Source: Tubiluchus corallicola (taxonomy: Eukaryota; Animalia; Priapulida). From it: a stretch of 64,000 nt of DNA. The position numbers and the translations under genes were made by a program. Of this stretch, positions 9,419 to 19,264 are shown in pieces (position 1 is the first letter of the stretch; every line of letters starts with the position of its first letter). The notes beneath the pieces are model-generated. The model made no database searches. It was not told where the DNA came from and was given only the letters and a program-made list of their open reading frames with translations. The stretch is taken from assembly GCA_030141605.1 (NCBI GenBank), contig JAQGDQ010002405.1, positions 14,260 to 78,259 of the forward strand, read 5' to 3'.

Positions 9419-10972
9419 CTATTTAGCATAATTCACAGCACGGGTCTCCCTTATAACGGTAACTTTTACCTGCCCGGGATAAGTCATCTCATCCTGTATC
9501 TTTTTAGCTATATCGTACGACAACTGCTCCGTCTCATTATCAGTAAGCTTATCGCTTCCCACGATCACACGTAGCTCGCGCCCTGCCTGAATAGCATATG
9601 TTTTCACCACACCGGGATAAGATAGTGCCATCGCCTCAAGATCCTTTAACCTCTTTATATACGACTCCACAGCCTCCCGGCGGGCACCCGGCCGGGCACC
9701 AGATATAGCATCACAAGCCTGTACTATTGGTGCAAGCAGACTGGTCATCTCAACCTCATCATGATGAGAACCAATGGCATTGCAAATATCCGGCTTCTCC
9801 TTATACTTCTCCGCAAGATTCATACCCAATATTGAGTGAGGCAGTTCCGGCTCATCATCAGGCACCTTACCTATATCATGAAGCAGGCCTGCCCGCTTTG
9901 CGCGCTTAGGGTTCAGCCCAAGCTCCACTGCCATTATTGCACACAAATTAGCTGTCTCTCGCGAATGCTGAAGCAGGTTTTGTCCATACGACGAACGATA
10001 CTTCATCTTGCCTGTTAGCCTTATCAACTCAGGATGCATACCGTGTATACCCAAATCAATACAAGTTCTTTTACCCGCCTCTACAACCTCCTCCTCAATC
10101 TGGGTCTTTATCTTATTCACAACCTCTTCGATACGGGCAGGGTGGATCCTCCCATCTGTTACAAGCCTGTGCAACGCAAGACGTGCAACCTCACGGCGAA
10201 CTGGATCAAAGGCAGACAGCACTATAGCCTCAGGAGTGTCATCTACCACTATCTCTACACCTGTAGCTGCTTCTAGAGCCCGTATATTACGCCCTTCACG
10301 CCCTATAATTCGCCCCTTTATCTCATCATTATCGATATGGAAAATAGTAACAGCATTCTCTATAGCCGTCTCTGTTGCCACCCTCTGTATGGACTTGATT
10401 ATAACCTTCTTAGCCTCCTTGTTCGCAGTCATCTTGGCATCATCCATTACCTCTTGAACATAAGACATAGCCTCACTCTTAGCCTCCCCTTTTAAAGACT
10501 CAACAAGCTGCTTTTTAGCCTCTTCAGCAGAAAGCTCCGATATCTGCTCCAACTGGTCTACCTGCCGCTTATGCATTTTGGCAAGCTCCTCTCTCTTTAA
10601 CTCAACAGCCTTCAGTTGGTTATTAAAGTTTTGACGTACAGACTCAACCTCCTTTTTGGAAATCTCAAAATCTTTTACCCTTTTCTGAAACTCATCCCTG
10701 CGCTGGATAAAAGATGCCTCTTTCTGCTTCAACCTGTTCTCCGCCTCGGAAACACCTACCCGCTTTTCATTTATATACTTCTCATGCTTTGCTTTCAACT
10801 GGATAAACTTCTCTTTTGCCTGAAGAATCCTCTTCTCTCTCAGCATCTCGGAATGAACCTCCGCCTCATTCAACAGCCTGCTCTTCTTCCTTCTTAAAGC
10901 AAAATTCCATATAAAATAGGAAGCAAGAACTCCAACTATAAAAGCAACAACTATAAACCCTGTTATTGACAT
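9419..10972 (-). CDS. rny: Ribonuclease Y
   Basis: N-terminal TM helix, coiled coil, KH domain ([13 protein letters not shown]), HD domain (LLHDIGK). ATG 10972 preferred. Confidence 0.97.
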   Translation of the reverse strand: MSITGFIVVAFIVGVLASYFIWNFALRRKKSRLLNEAEVHSEMLREKRILQAKEKFIQLKAKHEKYINEKRVGVSEAENRLKQKEASFIQRRDEFQKRVKDFEISKKEVESVRQNFNNQLKAVELKREELAKMHKRQVDQLEQISELSAEEAKKQLVESLKGEAKSEAMSYVQEVMDDAKMTANKEAKKVIIKSIQRVATETAIENAVTIFHIDNDEIKGRIIGREGRNIRALEAATGVEIVVDDTPEAIVLSAFDPVRREVARLALHRLVTDGRIHPARIEEVVNKIKTQIEEEVVEAGKRTCIDLGIHGMHPELIRLTGKMKYRSSYGQNLLQHSRETANLCAIMAVELGLNPKRAKRAGLLHDIGKVPDDEPELPHSILGMNLAEKYKEKPDICNAIGSHHDEVEMTSLLAPIVQACDAISGARPGARREAVESYIKRLKDLEAMALSYPGVVKTYAIQAGRELRVIVGSDKLTDNETEQLSYDIAKKIQDEMTYPGQVKVTVIRETRAVNYAK

Positions 10973-11006
10973 ATCTAATTTTAATTTAATTTTATGTTTT
11001 ACATAC

Positions 11007-11080
11007 AAAAAAACCCGCTATCTCAACACTTCAAAGCACTGTATTTTTACAACTCGCTTTAAAAAGTAAAATGCGGGCAA
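11007..11080 (-). ncRNA. Hairpin RNA at the syntenic 6S RNA position; probably truncated 6S relic and/or terminator
   Basis: Lies between zapA and rny. GCCCGC...GCGGGUUUUUUU closing stem with inner ACUUU..AAAGC/GCUUUGAAGU pairing; only ~70 nt. Confidence 0.4.
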
Positions 11081-11115
11081 ATATCACCTACGGGTGTTAT
11101 ACTGCTACAGACTAT

Positions 11116-11403
11116 CTATTCCTCAAGATACCCCGCAAGCAGGTCATTCATCTCTTCAACCTCTTCCATCAAAGGCAATATATCGTTTCTGACATCAACG
11201 TCAAGCTTCTGTATTACAATATGTAATGCACACATAGCCAAACAGTCCTGGCTATTCTTACTTGGGTAACGCTCCTTGTACTGCAACACCTTATCATTAA
11301 TAACTTTCGCAGCCTTCCTTATCTTCTCCTCTTCATCCCTACTTACACGCAGTGGGTAGGAACGATCAGCTATAATAATCTTTACTAAAAGTTTATCTTC
11401 CAT
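11116..11403 (-). CDS. zapA: Cell division protein ZapA
   Basis: IIIADRSYPL..EEEKIRKAAKVIN..QDCLAMCAL; upstream of rny. Confidence 0.9.
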   Translation of the reverse strand: MEDKLLVKIIIADRSYPLRVSRDEEEKIRKAAKVINDKVLQYKERYPSKNSQDCLAMCALHIVIQKLDVDVRNDILPLMEEVEEMNDLLAGYLEE

Positions 11404-11416
11404 CTCTATAAACTAC

Positions 11417-11707
11417 TCAATCACTCATTAAGGCAATACAACTATCAATCTCCCGTACAATTTTACTTATTTTAGCTTTGGCATTACTAGGATCTTCAAG
11501 TCCCAGCAACGACTTTGCAAACTCCATCTCCTCATTCTTTTTATCAAGAGCCGCCCCCTTTTGGCTAAGAAGATCTATCTGCTCCTGCAGTCCCACATTC
11601 TTTTCTATCAGTCGGCTATTCTCCATCTTTATCCGATCACACAACCCAATCAGCCTCCTAATATTCTCCCTAAATTCAGTCAATAAAGCAAGCTCTCGTT
11701 CTGTCAT
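11417..11707 (-). CDS. Coiled-coil protein upstream of zapA (ZapB-like)
   Basis: All coiled coil, ends KISKIVREIDSCIALM; syntenic with zapA. TAGCTTTG promoter element at 11725-11732. Confidence 0.75.
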   Translation of the reverse strand: MTERELALLTEFRENIRRLIGLCDRIKMENSRLIEKNVGLQEQIDLLSQKGAALDKKNEEMEFAKSLLGLEDPSNAKAKISKIVREIDSCIALMSD

Positions 11708-11786
11708 AATCACAGATTTATTTACAAAGCTAACACTATTTAAATAAAATGAAAATCTATAGGCAAGTTAAAAGCACTACACTATT

Positions 11787-11894
11787 ACCATAACACCTAC
11801 TTTTACCATAACACCTACTTTTACCATAACACCTACTTTTACCATAACACCTACTTTTACCATAACACCTACTTTTACCATAACACCTACTTTT
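11787..11894. repeat. Six perfect tandem copies of an 18-bp unit (ACCATAACACCTACTTTT)
   Basis: Units start at 11787, 11805, 11823, 11841, 11859 and 11877. Confidence 0.97.
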
Positions 11895-12624
11895 TTAAAG
11901 AAGCTTTGTTAAAAATATACCCAGGAATATCAACATTAAACTCTATTTTATCAATAATAAACTCTGTCCCCTTTCCCTGCTTTAGCATATCCTTAAAAAT
12001 AAGTCTTTTAGGATACCATCTCCCATCAATATTGGTAATATCAAACATCTCTGTTCTCTTTAAAAGCTTACCACTTTTAGCAAAAAGCTCCTCTTTCACC
12101 GGCACAAACCGCTCACTATCTACCCACAACTTACGCTTGTAATATGCAACGCCTTCCCTCTTGGCAGTAAGGTTAACTATCAGACAGTCCCTCCCCTCTA
12201 TCTGCTCCTCTCCAACAACAACAGCATCATAATGAAGTGCCAACTCCTGCTCTTCCATCATATCTTCATACGACAAGTCAGAACCCATAACAGACTGACG
12301 CAACATATGACCTGATATTTGAATAATACGGTCCGTCGAAGGAGAGTAAATCCACAACCTATCTCCCTGCTTAAGCATCTTTGTGCCCTTCTCCCTTGCG
12401 GGAGAAAAATACTCGGTAAACCCATTATCCTCCCCTTCCGACCAGGTTTTAAACTCCATAGTACGACTTAAACGCCTTCCATGGACAATCATTTTTGCCA
12501 CAATAACGCTATTCGTCGAAGTCATATTTTTATCAATACGCGCCAAAACATCTTTCCCTTCAGGATACCCGCCCAAAGCAAAAAGAGGCAACATCATAAA
12601 AACCACTATCAATTTTCTTACCAT
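11887..12624 (-). CDS. LolA-like outer-membrane lipoprotein-sorting protein
   Basis: Signal peptide; PAREKGTKML, QSVMGSDLSYEDM and YYKRKLWVD motifs; downstream of two LolE/FtsX-type permeases. Confidence 0.85.
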   Translation of the reverse strand: MVRKLIVVFMMLPLFALGGYPEGKDVLARIDKNMTSTNSVIVAKMIVHGRRLSRTMEFKTWSEGEDNGFTEYFSPAREKGTKMLKQGDRLWIYSPSTDRIIQISGHMLRQSVMGSDLSYEDMMEEQELALHYDAVVVGEEQIEGRDCLIVNLTAKREGVAYYKRKLWVDSERFVPVKEELFAKSGKLLKRTEMFDITNIDGRWYPKRLIFKDMLKQGKGTEFIIDKIEFNVDIPGYIFNKASLKK

Positions 12625-12792
12625 ATCTGCTCTTAACTTTTACACTACCTATACACCTGACCTCGACCTTGCAAAACTCATCTCTTTTACACTTCCGTCA
12701 AAAATACTCACTTGCCTCTGTAAATTGCGACTCTTACACTGTTACCCTTCAGACTGAACCACACTTTACACTACAAAAAACAGCCTCATAGC

Positions 12793-14070
12793 TTAATTCT
12801 CAAGCTCTTTAAACAAACCTGCCGTCCCGCGCCTGTATATCCCTATCCCGGAAAGCATTGCCCCCATTACGGTTGAAAGCATGCCCGGCACAAGCCCTAT
12901 ATAAAAAGCCTCCGGGGTTATGCGTGCCCTGTAAACCGTCGGTATCATCATACTTACATTCTTCATTACTTTGGAAAAATCAATCCCGTAGCTCTGTAGC
13001 CACCAAGCCAATAACAAACCTGCAAACGTACCCAAAATAGAGCCTGTAACACCTACAATAACAGACTCCCCAACCAGGGATCCATAAATATGCCCTCTAC
13101 CCTCGCCTACAGCCAGCCGAAGCCCAAACTCACCATAGCGGCGCAATCCCCCAAGAATCCCAGCATTCCAAAGGACTATTGACATTATTACAATAAACAC
13201 GGTAGAAACAATAGCTCCCATATTTTTTGCCATTGAAAGCATCTGCCCCAAATACTGCCTACCACTTAGCGCAACCATAACCGGAGCAAACTCATCATCA
13301 GACCCTGCATGCCTCTTGTTAAAAGTACTGGAAATAGCTACGGCAAGCTTATCATTATAATAACCATCATCAAAGTACCCCAGTATCTCACCCGCTGCAT
13401 CATGCATGTCAAGTATAAGCCTTGCATCAGAAATATCAACTATTATGGTACCCCTGTCAAGGTAAGCAGAACCAAAATTCACAGTTCCGACTAGCGTCAA
13501 ATTATAAAACGCCATACCACCATGCATAGTAGAGCTTATTATTGTTATATTATCACCGGGAGATACCCCCATCTTCACAGCAAAACTATCACTTAAAAGA
13601 ACCTCTCCCGGCAACTCAGGTATACGCCCACCTTTCACAAGCGAACGGGATATGTTCAGGCGCTCAAGCTCCCCCTGATTATCATTAAAAAGATCTATAG
13701 CAATACCGCTAACCGGGCCTTGTGACTTTGTCTCCCCTAGCTCATCAGGAACATCCAGCAACCCGCCAAGGCGGATCCGCTCCACCCAGTGCATATCAGG
13801 ATAGATCTCCTTCAACTCATCTACCAACCCGGAAACATCCATCAGTGCAAGATCATTAGGTACCTGCTCTTCATGATCGGCATATGGCCCGGACATCACT
13901 TTAACATGCCCAGTGCTAAAACGCGCATTCATATCTATACCGTTGCTCACCACACCCTCAACCCAACACGACAGAAGAACGGTCAGCATAACTCCCAGGC
14001 TAACAATTATCACAGGCAACTTACTGCGCTGCTTATCCCGGAACAATCCTCTATACAAAAATAGTATCAT
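12793..14070 (-). CDS. ABC transporter permease, LolE/FtsX (MacB) family
   Basis: N-terminal TM, large periplasmic domain, RRYGEFGLRLAVG motif, three C-terminal TMs. Confidence 0.88.
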   Translation of the reverse strand: MILFLYRGLFRDKQRSKLPVIIVSLGVMLTVLLSCWVEGVVSNGIDMNARFSTGHVKVMSGPYADHEEQVPNDLALMDVSGLVDELKEIYPDMHWVERIRLGGLLDVPDELGETKSQGPVSGIAIDLFNDNQGELERLNISRSLVKGGRIPELPGEVLLSDSFAVKMGVSPGDNITIISSTMHGGMAFYNLTLVGTVNFGSAYLDRGTIIVDISDARLILDMHDAAGEILGYFDDGYYNDKLAVAISSTFNKRHAGSDDEFAPVMVALSGRQYLGQMLSMAKNMGAIVSTVFIVIMSIVLWNAGILGGLRRYGEFGLRLAVGEGRGHIYGSLVGESVIVGVTGSILGTFAGLLLAWWLQSYGIDFSKVMKNVSMMIPTVYRARITPEAFYIGLVPGMLSTVMGAMLSGIGIYRRGTAGLFKELEN

Positions 14071-15239
14071 TGTAGCCTTCCTCTTATTGCATCAGTCGGG
14101 TTCATGTTCGATATCTTCCCGGATGGCAGATAGCTTACAACTGTTGTTGCTATCACTATAAAAGCAATAGTACCCAGCACTAGACCCAAACCATACTCGG
14201 GATATATAATTTCCGCAATAGCCAAGCCATACTCATCACTACCAGCAGGCATTGAATAGCCTTTTGCAGAAGTGTAATAGAACAGTGGTAATCCGTAAAC
14301 TGCAGCCATAAATAGCGCAAACAAAGAGTTCATAGCTCCCTCAAGAGTAAAAAGCCACACAACACCTCGCCGGGTCATTCCTAAAGCCATGAACAGCCCA
14401 ATCTCTTTCTGCCGCCTGAAGACCGATAAAACCTGTGTGTCAAACACAGCAAGCATAGCTAACGCCATAAGAACCACATAAAGCACCGAACCGCCAATCG
14501 ACTTCGATTTTATAACCCGGGTAAGATCAACAGTAAGCTCATCCACCGACTTATAACTCCAACCTCCCATATCCGACAACTCCCGATATTCGGAAGACAC
14601 TACAAGCATGGTAGCTTCACCAGGCAGCTGCAGCATGCCTTGCAACCCTTCCAAAGAGAGCCACACAACACCCATATCTACAGCAGGAACATTGGTGTCA
14701 AACACATCTGCAATCACTATCTCAGTCGCATCAAATGTGCCATTAGAGTCACGCCACCTAACAAGAACTATATCTCCCTTATCAAGCTCACAGCTTTTAG
14801 CCATCCTCTTGCCTATCAGCGCTGAAGCTAAAAAACCACCACCCTTCAGAACTGAAGTCGGAAGCTCCAAAACGGTCTGCTCCGGAGGAATACCCTTTAA
14901 TATTACCGACTGCATCCTACCCGCAGGATATAATGTGCCTTGTGAAATAACAATAGGCACAACAGCTCCGCTATCCACCACCTGCTGTAACTCTTCCGGA
15001 ATAGGCGCATGACAGCTTTCAAGTGTAAATGGATCATAAGGATCGTAATCGGGATGCCAAAACTGACCTCCGCCAACCTCCCACGCAATCATATCACGCT
15101 TAGCCTGCATATCCCAGCCATCTATAATACCCTGATGCCATATAATCAAAACATATGACAAAGAGAGAACAAAAGCGTTGAGCCATACTCTGAGCCCCGC
15201 CCCTAAAAGGTTTCTAAGTGCTAACTTAAATATCGGCAC
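14067..15239 (-). CDS. ABC transporter permease, LolE/FtsX (MacB) family
   Basis: KLALRNL start, RRQKEIGLFMALG motif, C-terminal NPTDAIR; 4-bp overlap with the next permease. Confidence 0.88.
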   Translation of the reverse strand: MPIFKLALRNLLGAGLRVWLNAFVLSLSYVLIIWHQGIIDGWDMQAKRDMIAWEVGGGQFWHPDYDPYDPFTLESCHAPIPEELQQVVDSGAVVPIVISQGTLYPAGRMQSVILKGIPPEQTVLELPTSVLKGGGFLASALIGKRMAKSCELDKGDIVLVRWRDSNGTFDATEIVIADVFDTNVPAVDMGVVWLSLEGLQGMLQLPGEATMLVVSSEYRELSDMGGWSYKSVDELTVDLTRVIKSKSIGGSVLYVVLMALAMLAVFDTQVLSVFRRQKEIGLFMALGMTRRGVVWLFTLEGAMNSLFALFMAAVYGLPLFYYTSAKGYSMPAGSDEYGLAIAEIIYPEYGLGLVLGTIAFIVIATTVVSYLPSGKISNMNPTDAIRGRLQ

Positions 15240-15841
15240 AATAATAAGATGAGTTATATACTACTATATTTTTATATGACTCTTAAAACCATAAATAAAA
15301 ACAGAAAACCTGTCAGAACGAACTTAAGCAAAATTTTGAAACTATTAAAAACTGTGCAATCAAACAAGGCAATTCAGTGTGAAAAAGACCCCTAATTAGC
15401 ATTAAGTATTACATATGCAAAAGCTATCCCCGGTATATCCACTCAACAGTGTATTGACATGTCCTTGCTAAATAATTATAAGTAAGAATAAAACCATAAC
15501 ACTCCAAGCAGCTCAAAACTGAGCTCTACATCGATAGTTACCACTCATGCTCTTACTCATGTAGAAACTGCTTGCAACAAATGCTCACACTAAAATATAG
15601 ATAAAACTTTCATTATGCACGCTCCATCCTACGAGAAACATTAGGAAAAAGATCATACCTATCACTAAATAACCTGAATGGGGATCAATTACTAAAACCC
15701 TGACTCTATTACTCTTTAAAAATAAGAGCCCCATCCCAGGCATATTAAACCGGGCAACGTTGAAAAACACCTTTGACCTCTTTCAGTAGTGACCTAAATG
15801 AGGATTTTGACGAATAACATTAGTTTAGTAAAAAGATAAGT

Positions 15842-15871
15842 TTTGCAAAAATACCAGTATTTATATCTTTG
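15842..15871 (+). promoter_or_regulatory. Bacteroidota sigma-A promoter of polA (-33 TTTG, -7 TATCTTTG)
   Basis: TTTG at 15842 and TATCTTTG at 15864, about 65 bp before the ATG. Confidence 0.7.
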
Positions 15872-15935
15872 TGTGAGCTTGATGTAACATAACAATTTAC
15901 CCTTTCAAAAACAGCAAAACAGGCTGTACTTTATA

Positions 15936-18704
15936 ATGAAAAAGCTATTTCTTCTTGATGCATACGCACTTATATACAGGGCGTACTTCGCCTTCATAAA
16001 AAACCCGCGATATAGCCCCAAGGGCATTAATACCTCCGCAATATTCGGCTTTACAAATACTTTGGAGCAGCTTTTGAAAAAAGAAGAACCCTCTCATATA
16101 GCGGTAGCCTTTGACATGTCAGAACCTACATTCAGGCACAAAATATTTAAAAAATACAAGGCACAACGTGAAGAGATGCCCGAAGATATTAGAAACTCTA
16201 TACCCTACATACGAAAAATCATAGAGGCCTACAATATTCCAATAATTGAAAAAAAGGGATATGAGGCGGATGATGTTATCGGAACCATAGCAAAACAGGC
16301 CTGCAAAGAAGACTTTGAAGTCTACATGATAACCCCTGACAAAGACTACGCCCAGCTAGTATCCGAAAACATATTTATGTATAAACCCAAGCGCATGGGG
16401 AATGATGTGGAGATCTGGGGAGTAGAGCAAGTAATGGATAACTTCCGGGTATCTAACCCCACACAGGTAATAGATATCTTAGCGCTTATGGGCGATACTG
16501 CTGATAATATACCCGGATGCCCGGGAGTAGGACCAAAAACAGCAATGCAGTTAATCGAACAGTTTGAAAACATAGATAACATCTATCAAAACACAGGTAA
16601 GCTGAAAGGGAAACAAAAAGAGCGCTTACAAGAAAATGAAGAGCAGGTGAGGCTATCCAAAAAACTTGCAACAATAGTTCTGGACGTACCGCTCGATATA
16701 AAACCCGAACAAATGAGCAAAGTGGATCCCAACAGAGAAAAGCTGCACAACCTATTTGATGATCTGGGATTCACAAAACTTGCCGCCCAGTATGGCAATG
16801 GAGCTACACAACAAATAGCATTTGGAGAAGGTACACTATTTGCAAACATGTCACAACCAGTGACACCACCTCATAAAGTAGAAAAGCAAAACGAAAAACT
16901 AACCTCTGCAAACCATAACTATGTACTGGTCGATTCGGAGAAGAAAAGATCAGAACTCCACTCCAGACTTAAGGCAGAAAAAGAGTTCTGTTTTGATGTC
17001 GAAACCACCGGACTGGACCCTCACACAGCTGAACCAATAGGAATATCCTTCTCTTTTCGTGACACGGAAGCCTACTTTGTACCTCTGCCGCCTGATCCAG
17101 AACCAGCTAAAGCTATTATACAGGAGTTTGCTTCGGTCTTTGAAGATGAAAATATTTTGAAAATAGGACAAAACATTAAATACGACATACTAATACTGAC
17201 TCGCTATGGTGCTGAAGTAAAAGAACCTTACTTCGACACCATGATCGCTCACTACCTTATACAGCCTGAACTACGACACAACCTTGACTACCTTAGCAAA
17301 ATATACTTAGGATACATTAAAATACCTATTGAGTCCCTAATTGGGGAGCGTGGAAAAAATCAGCGCTCAATGAGGCAAGTACCCCCCGAAAAACTACTTG
17401 AATACGCCTGTGAAGACGCTGATATAACCCGAAGATTGAAACCAATCCTTCTAAAAGAGATGGAGAGCACCGGTGTGACTAAGCTGTTCCATGAAATAGA
17501 GATGCCACTAGTAAAAATACTGGTTTCAATGGAACTATCGGGCGTAAAAATAGATAAAAATGCGTTGTTGACATATGCAGAACATCTAAGAAATGTAGCA
17601 ATAGGCCTTGAAAAGGAAATAACAGAACTGGCTGGAGAAGAGTTTAATATATCTTCGCCAAAACAGCTGGGAACAATCCTTTTTGACAAGTTAAAACTCA
17701 ATCCTAAAGCAAAAAAGACAAAAACAAAACAATACTCTACCAGTGAAGAGGTATTGGTACAGTTACAAAACAAACACTCTATCGTTCAGAAAATATTAGA
17801 ATACAGGGGGATAAAAAAACTGCTGTCTACCTACGTGGAAGCCCTTCCCAGGTTGGTAAACCCAGTGACAGGTAAAATACACACCTCCTTTAATCAAACC
17901 GTAGTGGCAACGGGTAGGCTTAGCTCGAAAAACCCAAACATGCAAAACATACCCATCAGGGATGAAAGTGGCAAAGAGATAAGAAGAGCATTTATCCCGT
18001 CAGACAAAGAACACATATACCTCTCAGCCGACTACTCCCAAATAGAGCTTCGCATCATGGCAGCAATGTCGCAAGATAATGAAATGGCCGAAGCATTCAG
18101 AAAACGTGAAGACATACACCTAACAACAGCATCTAAGATATTTGGTGTAGACATGGACAGAGTAACACCGGAAATGAGGAGAAAAGCCAAAACCGCCAAC
18201 TTCGGAATTATATACGGCATCTCTGCATTCGGACTATCTCAAAGGCTTAACATTCCCCGGGCCGAATCCAAAGAGCTGATAGATGGGTACTTTAGCAGCT
18301 TTGGTATGGTAAGAGAATTTATTGACAAACAGATAGAACAAGCACGCAAAGACGGATTTGTAAAAACTATGATGGGAAGAAAACGATACCTCAACGATAT
18401 AAACTCAGCTAACACTATGGTAAGAAAAATAGCCGAGCGAAATGCCGTCAATGCGCCTATACAAGGATCTGCAGCAGATATTATAAAAATCGCAATGATA
18501 AACATACATCGCAAAATGGAGGAAAAAGGGATGAAATCAAAAATGATCCTGCAAGTGCACGATGAATTGAACTTTGATGCCTATAAGCCCGAACTGGAAG
18601 AATTGATGGAAATTGTAAAATTTGAAATGGAAAATGCTGTACAGATACAGATACCTCTCACTGTTGAAATACATGCAGCTAAAAATTGGCTTGATGCTCA
18701 CTAA
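15936..18704 (+). CDS. polA: DNA polymerase I
   Basis: 5'-3' exonuclease (LLDAYALIYRAY, YEADDVIG), 3'-5' exonuclease (FDVETTG), polymerase motifs (ADYSQIELR, AKTANFGIIYG, QVHDEL). Confidence 0.98.
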   Translation: MKKLFLLDAYALIYRAYFAFIKNPRYSPKGINTSAIFGFTNTLEQLLKKEEPSHIAVAFDMSEPTFRHKIFKKYKAQREEMPEDIRNSIPYIRKIIEAYNIPIIEKKGYEADDVIGTIAKQACKEDFEVYMITPDKDYAQLVSENIFMYKPKRMGNDVEIWGVEQVMDNFRVSNPTQVIDILALMGDTADNIPGCPGVGPKTAMQLIEQFENIDNIYQNTGKLKGKQKERLQENEEQVRLSKKLATIVLDVPLDIKPEQMSKVDPNREKLHNLFDDLGFTKLAAQYGNGATQQIAFGEGTLFANMSQPVTPPHKVEKQNEKLTSANHNYVLVDSEKKRSELHSRLKAEKEFCFDVETTGLDPHTAEPIGISFSFRDTEAYFVPLPPDPEPAKAIIQEFASVFEDENILKIGQNIKYDILILTRYGAEVKEPYFDTMIAHYLIQPELRHNLDYLSKIYLGYIKIPIESLIGERGKNQRSMRQVPPEKLLEYACEDADITRRLKPILLKEMESTGVTKLFHEIEMPLVKILVSMELSGVKIDKNALLTYAEHLRNVAIGLEKEITELAGEEFNISSPKQLGTILFDKLKLNPKAKKTKTKQYSTSEEVLVQLQNKHSIVQKILEYRGIKKLLSTYVEALPRLVNPVTGKIHTSFNQTVVATGRLSSKNPNMQNIPIRDESGKEIRRAFIPSDKEHIYLSADYSQIELRIMAAMSQDNEMAEAFRKREDIHLTTASKIFGVDMDRVTPEMRRKAKTANFGIIYGISAFGLSQRLNIPRAESKELIDGYFSSFGMVREFIDKQIEQARKDGFVKTMMGRKRYLNDINSANTMVRKIAERNAVNAPIQGSAADIIKIAMINIHRKMEEKGMKSKMILQVHDELNFDAYKPELEELMEIVKFEMENAVQIQIPLTVEIHAAKNWLDAH

Positions 18705-19264
18705 AACATGATAATCACACCTGTCTAAACACTCAGCCTTCACTCCCCTATTGCTTATAAAACCATATGATGAAACCTTCGCAAGGCAAAAACACACCTA
18801 CACTCTATTCTATTCCAATTTAATAACCGTAAGACTTTCCCACAGCTTTCATTTCCTTAAAATAAGTATTTAAACTTTTTTAACTATATTGTAAATAAAA
18901 TTTAATACCTGGTAAAGCTACAAATCGTTATAGCTCTTTGCCATAATATAATATACTAAACTAAACAATATGAGGCCATTACAAAACAAAGCGCTTTGAT
19001 TCAAATCAAGAAAAATTTCAATAAAAAGTCGCAATTTACTGATGTAAAATAAAGGCTTTGAAGAGAACTTTAAAGAAAAAATGAGTATTGCAAAGGGCTC
19101 ATTGTACAAAACCAAATTTAAAAACTTAGCGTGTCTCTCTTTCTGGTTTAGCTCCCATTTGGGATAAACTATGTCGTTTCTGTATAGCCTGGAATTTTCC
19201 CGAAAGGGCGTTGCTTTTAAAAGCGAAAATAAATTTATTATTAATTTTTAAATACTTTAAATCT

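Noticed and set aside
11787-11894. CRISPR or iteron array
   Set aside because: Contiguous 18-bp units with no spacers and no rep gene; a simple tandem repeat.
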